Part shown: one piece after another, positions 53,380-64,000 of the stretch
How positions within the stretch are numbered: position 1 is the first letter of the stretch
Layout: the number at the start of each line of letters is the position of its first letter
Source of the DNA: the human T2T-CHM13v2.0 reference genome, Homo sapiens
Length of the DNA stretch: 64,000 nucleotides
Strand: one strand, 5' to 3'
Assembly (NCBI RefSeq): GCF_009914755.1
Contig: NC_060928.1
Notes under the pieces: generated by a model
The model's database searches: none
The model's input: only the letters and a program-made list of their open reading frames with translations
What the model was told of the DNA's origin: nothing
Translations under genes and position numbers: made by a program

Positions 53380-53875
53380 GCATCTATTGAGCAAGTATTT
53401 TTTGAGGTTTGTGGCCAAAATACTACTCAGTTACTAAGTGCCGGGTGGACAACAGAGACATTTCCGTGTTCTTGTGAAACTTATATTCCAGGATTCTTAT
53501 ATTCAGAGAAAATCTTATTTTCTAATACTCTGTATACCCCAAACGACCCACCAGAGTATCAATTATGTGAATTACAACTGGGAAGAATGTGAGAAGGAGA
53601 AGTACACCATCAGGAGAGGATATAACGTGAACCTAGTGTTGGGCCTGGGGAGAGGTCCTTGAGGAAGTGGTACTGGAGCAGATGTCAGAAGAATGAGGTG
53701 TGAGCGAGAGGGAAACCGCACAGGAAGAGCGTTCTGGTGAGCAGGAATAGAAACATGGAAGAATGCTCTGAAATGGAGAGGAGCATGTGCTCAAGGAAAT
53801 GAGGGAGACCATTGTGTCTAGGTAGGGTTTGGAAAGCAGTACCGGAGTGGTGGGCAGTGAGGCACGAGAGAGGGG
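53380..53875 (+). mobile_element. L2 fragment
   Basis: attgagcaagtattttttgagg...ccttgaggaagtggtactggagcagatgtcagaagaatgag...gagcatgtgctcaaggaa. Confidence 0.6.
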
Positions 53876-56394
53876 AAGAGTTTCTAAATGCATCCTCATG
53901 TAACTCAAGAATACACCTGAGATGAATTTTGTTATGCTTGTGGAGGGGCAGTGCCTAATAAAGTTTAGGTCACACTTTGATACTAGAATGCAATAGTAAA
54001 TTGTATGATCTTATTGCTGCCTGCAATTTGATTGATTAATTACAGTGATTTTTCTCTTTTACAAAAGACAAACTGCTGCCACTTGTTGCATTTTTTAAAT
54101 GAGCAGTTTGCAAAGATTGTATCTTTTATGTAGGTTGCTTATTTCATATATTTGGAAACGGGTTATATCAGTTGGTGGACGATATGTCAAAAATTTAGAA
54201 CTTTCTCCCATCTTTCCAAGTTGCTAAATTATATTTCAGTGAAAAGCTTTCTCTCTAAAGTGCTAAAGGTATTTCTCAATGGAAGCAATAAAATGAACTT
54301 TTTTGGCAGCTTTCCCAGAAAAAAAAAATCCCTCTAGCATTTTTGGAAATGAGTAGGGGAAAATTATAAATAATGTAAAATAAACTCACATAAGAGGCTT
54401 ATATGAACTATTATACAATATATATTAGGAACTAAATTTTCTTCCATTATTCCTTTAGGATCTTGTGGCTCTAGTAGAATGGGAAAATGCACTCCCATGA
54501 GAAATTTGACAATAACAGCCAATTCTGCACGGAAAAAAATATTGAATGGTTTATATATAAGTTTAAAATCTATTTTAAAAGTAAGACTTGATACGTGAGA
54601 GACTAGTCAAGTTTGGTGATTAGGAAGTCTCTTTTTCTACTAAATTCAAACCTACAGTGTTGGTGTTCACTGAATACACTAGGTAGTGTAGAGGATGCAG
54701 AACTCAGGGGAAAAGGTCTCAATACCAACCTACATAATGAAAAAGAAAAGATATGTGTGAGGTGTGGCTTTAAAACAAAAGATCTAATCTAAAAAGATCT
54801 AATCTATGTATCACTTTTGGGATCTATATCATATGACAGTTATGCCTTATGTTTGGAATAATAAGCAATATGTAAATTACAGCAATATACAAGCTACTGT
54901 ATATTAGTAGGGAACACAGGTTCCATTTCTCCTTACTTCTTCCTGGCATGCTATGATAACAACTTAACTATGTTATGATAACAACTACTAGTCATCCTGC
55001 TTCCTGTATCCCTTTCTTGTGTACCTTAGACACACGTGCATTTTTCTTCTTAAATAACAGGTATGTTATGAAATATTTGTGCCTAAAATTCTTAAATATT
55101 TATCTTTCTCTTTACACACACTCTCACACACATTTATTTATATGTGTATGTGTATATTTCTGTCTCCAACTTATCTTCTAGGCTTATTTTCGACATTCCT
55201 TACAACTGGCATGAGCTTCTTGTTATAGTTTCTAGATATTCTAGGTTTTCTTACCTTGAGGTCACTTTTTTGGTCACTTTATTTTTTCTGTTTGTAATTT
55301 TTTGTTCTCTATTTTTACTATCCTCTATCACCTCAGTTTTTGACTGTTCTTTAAAACCAAGTTCAATTGGCTTAAACTCTGTGCCTTTTCCTTACCCATA
55401 TGAAAAATCACTGTCTTCTCATCAAAGAATTCCTGTGATACATTAGTTATGCTGTTTTTATAGCACTTTTCACATTTTCCATTGAATTATTTATGTTTAT
55501 GTGTTAGATTGTAAGGAACTTGAAGGCAAAGTTTATCTCTGAGTCATTTGGCTTAGTACCTTGCATAGTAATTATACAGAGTAAATATGTATAGAATGAA
55601 TGAATAAATATATGAGAAGAAAAATATATTTCTTTTATGCGCATCGAAAGATGTAGGCTTCATCTACATACACAAGTCGGACTTAAGTATTTAGCTGACT
55701 TGATTAAGGGATGTCTCATCCTGAGGAAGGGTATAATTTAGCAATAACTTACTCATTATAATTTATTTAAAGTTGCATTCCACAAGTAATTGTACAGCAT
55801 CACCTATGGGACAGGAACATTATATGTGTAGCTTGTGAATTCAAGATTGATAACAATCTTCAGCTGAGACCTTTTTTTAAAAAATGTGGCATTTGCCTCC
55901 AAGAGAAAAGGCACGAAAGCATCACAAGCAGAGAACAAAGAGAAAGTGTCTTCAGAATGTAATTGTGATGAATCTATGCCTGTCTGTTTGCAAGGATTTG
56001 TGTAGCACTCTTGCACCTTCCCCCTTAAAGAAATTTCTCTACTACAAATTTTCAGTGCTTTGAAATGAAAAATAATTTCTGCCATTGTAAATTTTTTTGC
56101 AAATAATTTCAGCACCTAGAATAAGTGAAGTTATTTTTCAGTAAGAGTTTATGACATAAAGGGAAGTGATTAAATCAGTCATGAATTGTGCATTTAGAAT
56201 AGCATGAAGGACTTTTCTTTCAACACAACTGATACGTTTGAACTATGCTGAAAAGTTCTCCTGGCTGAAAAATGGTCATGTCTTTTTTATTCTAAAATAA
56301 GAATGAAATGTTTTGTACCTTAAATTTTCTTTGATTTTATTCCAAAAATAAATAGGGAAGCTAAATTTTGCAAAAATAATTAGTCTCTATGATA

Positions 56395-56580
56395 GGCACG
56401 GTGAGAACAAAAAGAGACTGTGAATCAGATGATCCTAGTTCTAGGCCTGGGTTCAGCCACTTAATTAAGTCTGTGACCTTGGCGATTTCATATAAATATT
56501 TAAGTCTGTGACCTTTGTCATTTCATATAAATATTTTCATCCTCAGGAACCTTATCTGCACAATTTAGGGATTAGTCTTT
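56395..56580 (+). mobile_element. MIR with an internal 35-bp tandem duplication
   Basis: gatcctagttctaggcctgggttcagccactt...ctgtgaccttgg; repeat units at 56466-56500 and 56501-56535. Confidence 0.7.
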
Positions 56581-57840
56581 AATGGTAAATTTTAAACTGC
56601 TTTTAGGAGTCACAGTGGCACATGGAGTCCCTTGAGAAGCAACCTCACAAGGGGTGGCCTAGGGTGCCAGGCTCCACCATTTTCTGTGTTTGTTTTGTAT
56701 TCTGTTTCATTTGTTTGTTAAAATTCCCTTTATAATAGGTTCGTGACAGGAACAAACAACAAATTTAAAATTCTAGATTAAATCACTTCTGGGTTTCATA
56801 TAGCAATCTTAATTTTTACTTGTTTATGGAACATGGGTAGTAGCAGATAAAGATAATTGTCATTTTTCTTATTGCTCTATTCACTCACCCAACATTTATT
56901 AAGAAGTTGCTACATGTAAAAACTGCTGTGTCCAGTGTTTTGGAAATTTAAAGGTGTCAGAGTTCAAAATCTATTCGGAAAATATCTAAGAAAAAAAGTC
57001 CATGTGATAAGGGTTACGGCAGAAATATAAATAAAATGTCCTTAAAGAATGTAGGTAGAGACTTCATTCTTCCATGCTCTGAGCAGGTAATGATCCCACA
57101 ACAGGAGATGAATGCAAGTTGGTTTAAGTCCTATGGTCTCAAACTTGGTTTTAGAACTGAAGCACTTTTTATTTCAGTATCATTATTTTTTAAGCAAATG
57201 CCTGATGAAAAGTTATCTTTGAAACATTTTGTATTTAAAAAATTGTCATCATGCATACATTACTTAATTTAATACAGTACACTATTTTTAACTCATAGCA
57301 AAAGAGGTAAAACAGTAACTTAAAATTTATAGGTTGTAAGAAGTATGAAGATCATTGTGATGCAAGTATAAAAATGGAAACGTGTTTTAAATAAATCAAT
57401 ATTCAAATATGTAAGTCATATAATTGTTATAAATAATTTAATATACAAATACATATGCCAAAGTCCACATGATATATCCACTAAGACCTTAACATCCTGA
57501 AGTGTATTATATACTAGCGTAACATAATTAATATAGTGAAAAATGTCTGGCAATATGCAAACCATCCATAACCACTTTGTTTGCAATCTACCTTCAATAT
57601 TTAGTTGGACAACTTTGGAGTGAAAAGTACTACTGCATGAGTAAAGAAATACAAACGTCTTATTATGTTGCTTTCCAGAGTCTTAGGTTTCAGTTGATTA
57701 CCTATGTCAATTAGTATATTCTCTCCTTTCCTTTCTATTACCTTTCTTTAAACTTTGAGTTTTCTGTGCCTAAAAATGTGTATACATACATCTTGTCTAC
57801 CCAAAATTTTATTCTGTTGTAATTGAAATATGTATTTACT

Positions 57841-58184
57841 TGTGATGGCTAATTTCATGTATCAAGCCTGGCTATGTCAAGATACCCAAGTGTTTAATAA
57901 AGCATTTCTCTAGATGTTTCTGTGAAGGTATAGATGAGATTAGCATTTATAAGTAGACTTACAGTAAAGCAGATGACCCTCTATAGTATGGGTGAGTCTC
58001 ATCCAGTCAGTTGGAGGTTTTAGTAGAAGAAATCTGACCTCCATGGAAGAAGAGAGAATTCTGCCAGCAGCCTGCCTTTGGATTCAAACTGTCACTCTTT
58101 CCTGGGTCTCCAGCCTGCTGGCCTGCCCTGCACTCTGGACTTCCAGCCTCCGCAACTGCATGAGCCCATTCCTTAAAATAAATC

Positions 58185-58238
<54 letters not shown>

Positions 58239-58279
58239 ACTTTTTGGTTCTGTTTCTCTGGAGAACTCTGACTAATATA
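57841..58279 (+). mobile_element. MLT2D-type ERVL solo LTR with internal (TA)n(CA)n
   Basis: tgtgatggctaatttcatgtatcaa...agtaaagcagatgaccct...ttggttctgtttctctggagaactctgactaata. Confidence 0.85.
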
Positions 58280-59408
58280 TGCTTCAGGGCCCAGAAAGTG
58301 CTGACCATCTTATAATAATTTGAACAAACAAATAAACAAAAATAGCCCAAACCAGAAAAGTCACTCAATGTATATGTGATGTGATACAGTGACACAGATA
58401 TTGAGAAGGCAAATACTGTGTGATCGAGATAATGGGGTCAGCAGATATTCTTCCAGAGACAAGAAGCACTGGTGTAAACAAGTATGCTAGTTAAATACTC
58501 ATTAGTTAAATTTACAGAGGGAATTCAGTGAACCCTACAATGCTTCAGTTCTTCAGAAAGATTATCCAGCCTCTCTTTACTTCTCCCTTCCGAAATTTCA
58601 TGTACACGATTCTAGATATTTGAATAAATGTTCCACACAGAACTTTGGGTGATGAAATAAAACCTATCCATCTGTAATGGAAGGGAACTGACTCTTACAA
58701 TTGTTATTTCTGATACTGATAGAATTTTTGTCTCAAATAATTTTTACACTTACTGCTGTTGTTTTCCTTTCTGTCTTGCTCACACTTTTAGTGTAAATAT
58801 AGTTATAACATATAGAACTGTTAGAATTGTGGCATTAGGTTGTAGATTTGTGATCTTCCTATATTTTTGATGAAGGCATTTAACTCAGGACTCATTTTGA
58901 AAGTCTAAACTCTTTGAATTGGAAATATATCTCCTGAAAGTTTTTTACTGGATTTAGTAAAATTGAGCATTTACCTCACTGTTTTTCTTTTTCAAAAGAC
59001 ATATAATATTTAAAAACAGTAGAGAATAATGTGGGGGAAAATGCAATCTAATTAGGTTTATTGTTATTACTATTTTGACATTTTTAGATCTCTTTAGAAA
59101 AAAATTACATAAAAGACATTTGAAGCTTCATATATATAACGCTAACCTATTTTCCTCCCTTCTTCCTCATATGTATCTATTTTACCACATATTTATTTTT
59201 CCATAAATTTCTGTCTATTGTTTTAATTTTTAAAGTTTTATATAAATAGTATATAAATCATATATTTATATAACTTTCTTTCTTATATGTGTTTTTTAAC
59301 TGAGTAATGAAAGAATAAGTGTTTAAAGTAAAAAATTTTATCAGGTATACTTATGAAACATCAAGTATACCCATTAAACTTGTCAACTTTTATCGTAGGA
59401 ATGTTACA

Positions 59409-59614
59409 TGGTAAGTCCTTAGTTAACATCATTGATAGGTTCTTGGAAACTGTGACATTAAGCAAAAGGACATACAGCAGGTCCTTGAATAACATCATTT
59501 TGCTCAACATCATTTTCTTATAATGTTGAGAAAAAGCATGGTATTTTTATACGTTGTTTTGCTTAAGTCACAGTTTCTAAGAACCTATTGACAATGTTAA
59601 CTGAGGACGTGTTG
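59409..59614. mobile_element. MER6B-like TcMar-Tigger MITE, palindromic
   Basis: Arms gtaagtccttagttaacatcattgataggttcttggaaactgtgacattaagcaaaa and ttttgcttaagtcacagtttctaagaacctattgacaatgttaactgaggac. Confidence 0.8.
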
Positions 59615-62600
59615 TGTTTGCCATTTTTTTCTAGCCAAAAACTCTAAGAAACTTGAAATGACAAACCCTTCAATATGCTTTCTCGATATCTTTCTCATAA
59701 GAACTCAGATAATTTCAGTATAGATAATAATATAGCTACTTTCTGTATAATTGTGGATTTTATATGAGAATTGCTAATAAAATGCCTTTTTTTAATAAAT
59801 AAAACCTAAACTTACCCTAATTATACTTTCATTTTCTTCCTGATCTCTTAAATCATCGTGGATTACAGGGTTTTGTTGTTGTTGTTGTTTAAATCTGGCA
59901 TATGGTTACAAATATAGCCTGTGTGCTAATAATCATTTCATCTTTTTTAATATATTAGAAGACATTTACACAGTGGTTCTTTTCCAAGGAGAGCATTTTC
60001 TGCTCAGTTAGCAGGAAATGCATAAGTAGTTTTCCTAAGTGAGATCTTCATCAGCCTAGAAGTGTCTACTGCAACTTTCTGGGCTTTTAAAATCATACCA
60101 CCAATTATTCCTGAGATGTTGTATTACGTCTTTGACAGCTGACATTTTTTTGTGTCACAGCTATTTCTATACAAATAGAATGCATGGAGCATTACAAGAT
60201 ATTTAAAATTGTTATGTATTCAAATAGTAATAGGTATTGTTTTGAAACGTACTTCTTTAATTCACAATATACTTCCTTTAGGGCACCTGGCCAGGGATTT
60301 AAAAACCCAAAGCAAACATGTTTTTGTTTCTTTCTAGAAAGATCAATAAATAGCATTATACAATTACAACTTACTATTCTCACATCGCTAAAATAGAAGT
60401 GTGCTTATGGCTGATGTCAAAGACTGTAGTTGCCTACGCATCACAGTCTCCCAAGGAGAAAGCTTAACCTTTAATTGTATGCTACTCAAGCAGGATTGCT
60501 GACTATCCTTATCTATTGAGGGGAAATAAGTAAATAGTAGGAGAGAATTAACTGCCTTTCATTCTTTGCTATCACTTAAACATATGGTATAAACAGGATT
60601 TTTTTTTGTGGCTGTTGATTTTTTTCCAGTGGCTCTTTGCTGGAAGCAAAAATATATTTTGCCTTGAAAATAAAGTTAGTGTTCTCAATTTGTGATAAAG
60701 GTCACTATTTAAAAATATTTTTTGTTGTTTTTGTTTTCTGACAACTCAAGCAGAATTGATTAAGGATAAAAAAATGGCTTGCTATTTATGGAGATGATTT
60801 CCTATAGTTTGTAATTTAATGGACTCCCTAACCAAAACACATTCCTAAAATAGTTTTATGAGTTAAAATGTTAAGTGATCGGTTTAAAAAAAAAGTAAAT
60901 TCCTTTCTATAAGACACTTCTGAATCAATATCATTGTATTACTGAAATATTAAAAACAAGCAAGAAAACCAATGAGACTTGTTATACAGGTACATGTGGC
61001 TACTCAACTATATTGTGATGTCAGAGAAAGCTCCCTTTTCTATGGAGGGCCATGTGACCAGAAGAAATAGGTGCTTTCTTACTATGAAAGACACAATTGT
61101 CCCTTATTCTAATTTGCGTAGATATTTATTTCAATTTCCACAAAAGTCCTGTTTACATAAGAGACAGAAATAAATGTATAACATTATAAAGTAAACCATT
61201 GAATAATATATAAAAACAGCTTGAAGTTTTATATTATGACTATCACTGTGAAATGCTATCATTACATGCTTTTTGATGGCATGATGCTTTTAAATTGAAG
61301 GTTAAAAGTCCTAAAATATGTAACTAGTTAGTGTAAAATTTTTATTTAAAACTGATGGAGATTCAGTTTTTTAATTTCTGTTTCAGAAATTATCATCAGT
61401 CTAGGAGGTGTAAATTATCCTCTCAAAGGAAGGATTTTGCTCTTATCTATTGGGAATTTTCTTTAAGGCCTCTTGCCTGTAAAATCACTTGTATCTAATA
61501 TGTGCCATTAATTATAAAACCACTCCTCCTATAGGTCTACCATCACAGAGTTTTGACTAACATTTTTTGAACCACCATATTTATTATGATAACAATTTAA
61601 CTAAATTAGGCCCTGCTTTTCATCATTCAGACAACTTTTGGGAAAACATTTAAAAAATAAACTCAAAACTCCACTGTCTCTGAGAAGTTTAAAAACAGTG
61701 AGCCTCAATTCTTATGTCAGTGAAGTCAAGAGTTTCAGATAAATCTGTATATTCAATCCTGAGGTATCAAATCCAGTTCACTGAAATTGTCAACAGTGAT
61801 TTACAAAAATAAACTGAAGGGCACTGTTTATTCACTTCTGTACTGATGTTCTATCTTCTTACGGTGTTTTCTCACAGCTTTTTTTTGTGTAGAGAATCTT
61901 GTATTAAAAGGTCAAGAATATTGGGATTTAAGCCTACTGCTGCTACTATTTTAATAGGTATTTAACTCCCAATTGCCTATATTTCTTGTGTGGTAGTAAG
62001 TGGGATACTGAAGTTAGATTCATTGATGTCTATGGACTTTGCTGTCACCATTCCCTATCTTGAGAATCTTATCTTCCCATCTCTCTGCTTCCTTTTTTCC
62101 CTTTTCTTTTAAACATTTTTTTTTATTCATTTGCTCTTTTTCTCTACTTCTCTTCCATTGAAATGACTATATTTTCCCTCCCTTTTAATATGCTAAGTCA
62201 CTTTCAGAGACTCAATCCTACCCTATTCTTCTCAAACATTCTTAAAATACCCTTTTCTAAATTGTAGAGCATGTAATTTTCCTCTCATTTCCAATATTCC
62301 TTCCTATTCTATCATGTATGTTATAATCTGTGATGAGTAAATTAAGAATCAAGTGTGTCACAGCAAAAACCAAAAGAATGAGAAAGATAGTGGAAATAGC
62401 ACAGCTCTGGTTAAAACTGCTTTCATCTTGCCCTTTCTCTTAGTAAAAACTCAACCCCACAGTATTCTAACAGGATTTTTACTACCGTTCTTTTCCTGTC
62501 CTAACCCCAATTCAAATAAAGACTTCACACCATCTCAGTTCAGTTAAAAGAAATACTGTTCTCTTTAATGTTAGAAATAAAGCTCTAGTCTTCCATACCA

Positions 62601-62979
62601 GAAGGATTTTGAGTAGGTATATTAACTTTTTGCTCTACCCACTTTAGAGTAGACTGGAAGTATTAGGCCAATATATGTTAATTATTTTCTTCTGATGGCA
62701 AAATAATATAACGCCTGCTAATATTTCGAGTGAGTTTTAAGACTTTCAAAAATCCTTAAAAAAAGGTAATACATGACTTCAGTTCAACTCCATAAAATAG
62801 CATATCCCAGCATTTAGAGAATCAAAGACAAAAAAGACAAGTTCATTAATCTCAAGCAGCTTACAGTCTATTAGGGGAGCAAGAAATATAAGCACATAAA
62901 TGTTAAAAAGAATAATTAAGAAAGGATTTATAAAAGATAGCAATTATACAGAAAAATGTCTAATTCTCATAAGATAGTA

Positions 62980-63356
62980 TGAGAGGTTTGGCTCTGTGTC
63001 CCCACCCAAATCTCGTGTTGAATTGTTATTCCCGATGTTAGGGGAAGGACCTGGTGGGAGGTGATTGGATCACGGGGGCAGATTTCCCCCTTGGTGTTCT
63101 TGTGACAGTGAATAAGTTCTCAGGAGATCTGGTTGTTTAAAAGTGTGTAGCGTTTCCCTCTTCACTCTCTCTCTCTTGCTCTGCCATGTGAAGATGTGCC
63201 AGCTTCCCCTTCGCCTTCCACCATAACTGAAAGTTTCCTGAGGCCACCCAGCCATGCTTCCTGTATAGCCTGTGGAACTCTGAGTCAATTAAATCTCTTC
63301 ATAAATTACTCAGTTTCAGGTATGTGTTTATAGCAGTGTGAGAATAGACTAATACA
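62980..63356 (+). mobile_element. MSTA-type MaLR solo LTR
   Basis: ggtttggctctgtgtccccacccaaatctc...ggtgattggatca...gcttcctgtatagcctgtggaac...gactaataca. Confidence 0.9.
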
Positions 63357-64000
63357 GATATCAAAGCAAGTGATTCATAAAAGTTGAGATTCCTGGGCCG
63401 AGTTTTAAAAGATAACTAGGAATATCTCACAGGCAAAAAATAGAGAGTGAGATTAAAAAAAAAAAATTCAGGCAGAGAGAACAAGTACAGACTCAAGAAA
63501 ATGTTATGTAATTAACATTCATAATTGAATTCATTAGACACTATTTGGAAATGGGCTTACATATATGACAAAACTGAAAAATGGCAGATTTCTGATATGA
63601 ATTATTTCACCGGATTGCTTAATTTGCTTTTTATTGATATTATGGAACTCATTACAAATTATTTATATAGAGCTATAATTCACAATTATATACCAGTAGC
63701 AATAAAAAACTAGTAGAATTGTAGATGATGTTGGCACTTTCTTTGTAGTTTGCTCAAAATTTTCATTGAAGAAGAGGTTACATTCCTCTAATTGTATTTT
63801 TCCTTTTAATATTGTGCAATTAAATGTTTATTTGCAGTTCATAAAGCAACATCATCTCATTTGTTTGAAAATCCTGCTTGACATGTTCTTGTATTTAGTC
63901 TTGCTATTAAATTAGGGGCCATTAGAATAAATGAGATTGTGAGATGTTAATACAGAGGTCAGTTCAATTTTCTACCCATTTCCACCAATGTGAAAAGCAT

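Noticed and set aside
55804-56115. 103-aa minus-strand ORF bounded by acceptor-like (ttattctAG) and donor-like (AG|GTGA) motifs
   Set aside because: No true ATG start, no recognisable domain, a stop at the putative exon end, and only moderate splice signals.

Overview
AT-rich primate genomic DNA, almost certainly human because it carries an AluYa5. I cannot support any host protein-coding exon, tRNA, rRNA or snRNA; the ORF track is repeat-derived or chance. The window is a mosaic of transposable elements: a full-length Tigger1, several L1s, about 10 Alus, MaLR/ERVL solo LTRs, and MIR/L2/L3 remnants. The centrepiece is a minus-strand HERV-H provirus (37519-42805) with LTR7up-type LTRs. Points of interest read from the sequence: (1) the 5' LTR keeps TATA but has lost AATAAA, while the 3' LTR has lost TATA but keeps AATAAA; the major splice donor is GT>TT, and an AluYa5 sits at the start of pro; (2) a perfect 40-bp inverted copy of unique DNA (45116-45155) is inserted in the terminus of an old MLT1A LTR (46084-46123), next to two more AT-rich palindromes; (3) an LTR8 element looks like a polyadenylated, U5-less processed retrocopy; (4) an L1PA carries a 41-bp 3' transduction inside its TSDs; (5) an L1MA has an internal deletion patched with an inverted ORF1 fragment. 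Repeat subfamily names come from recalled consensus sequences and need RepeatMasker/Dfam confirmation. No new multi-gene system is evident.
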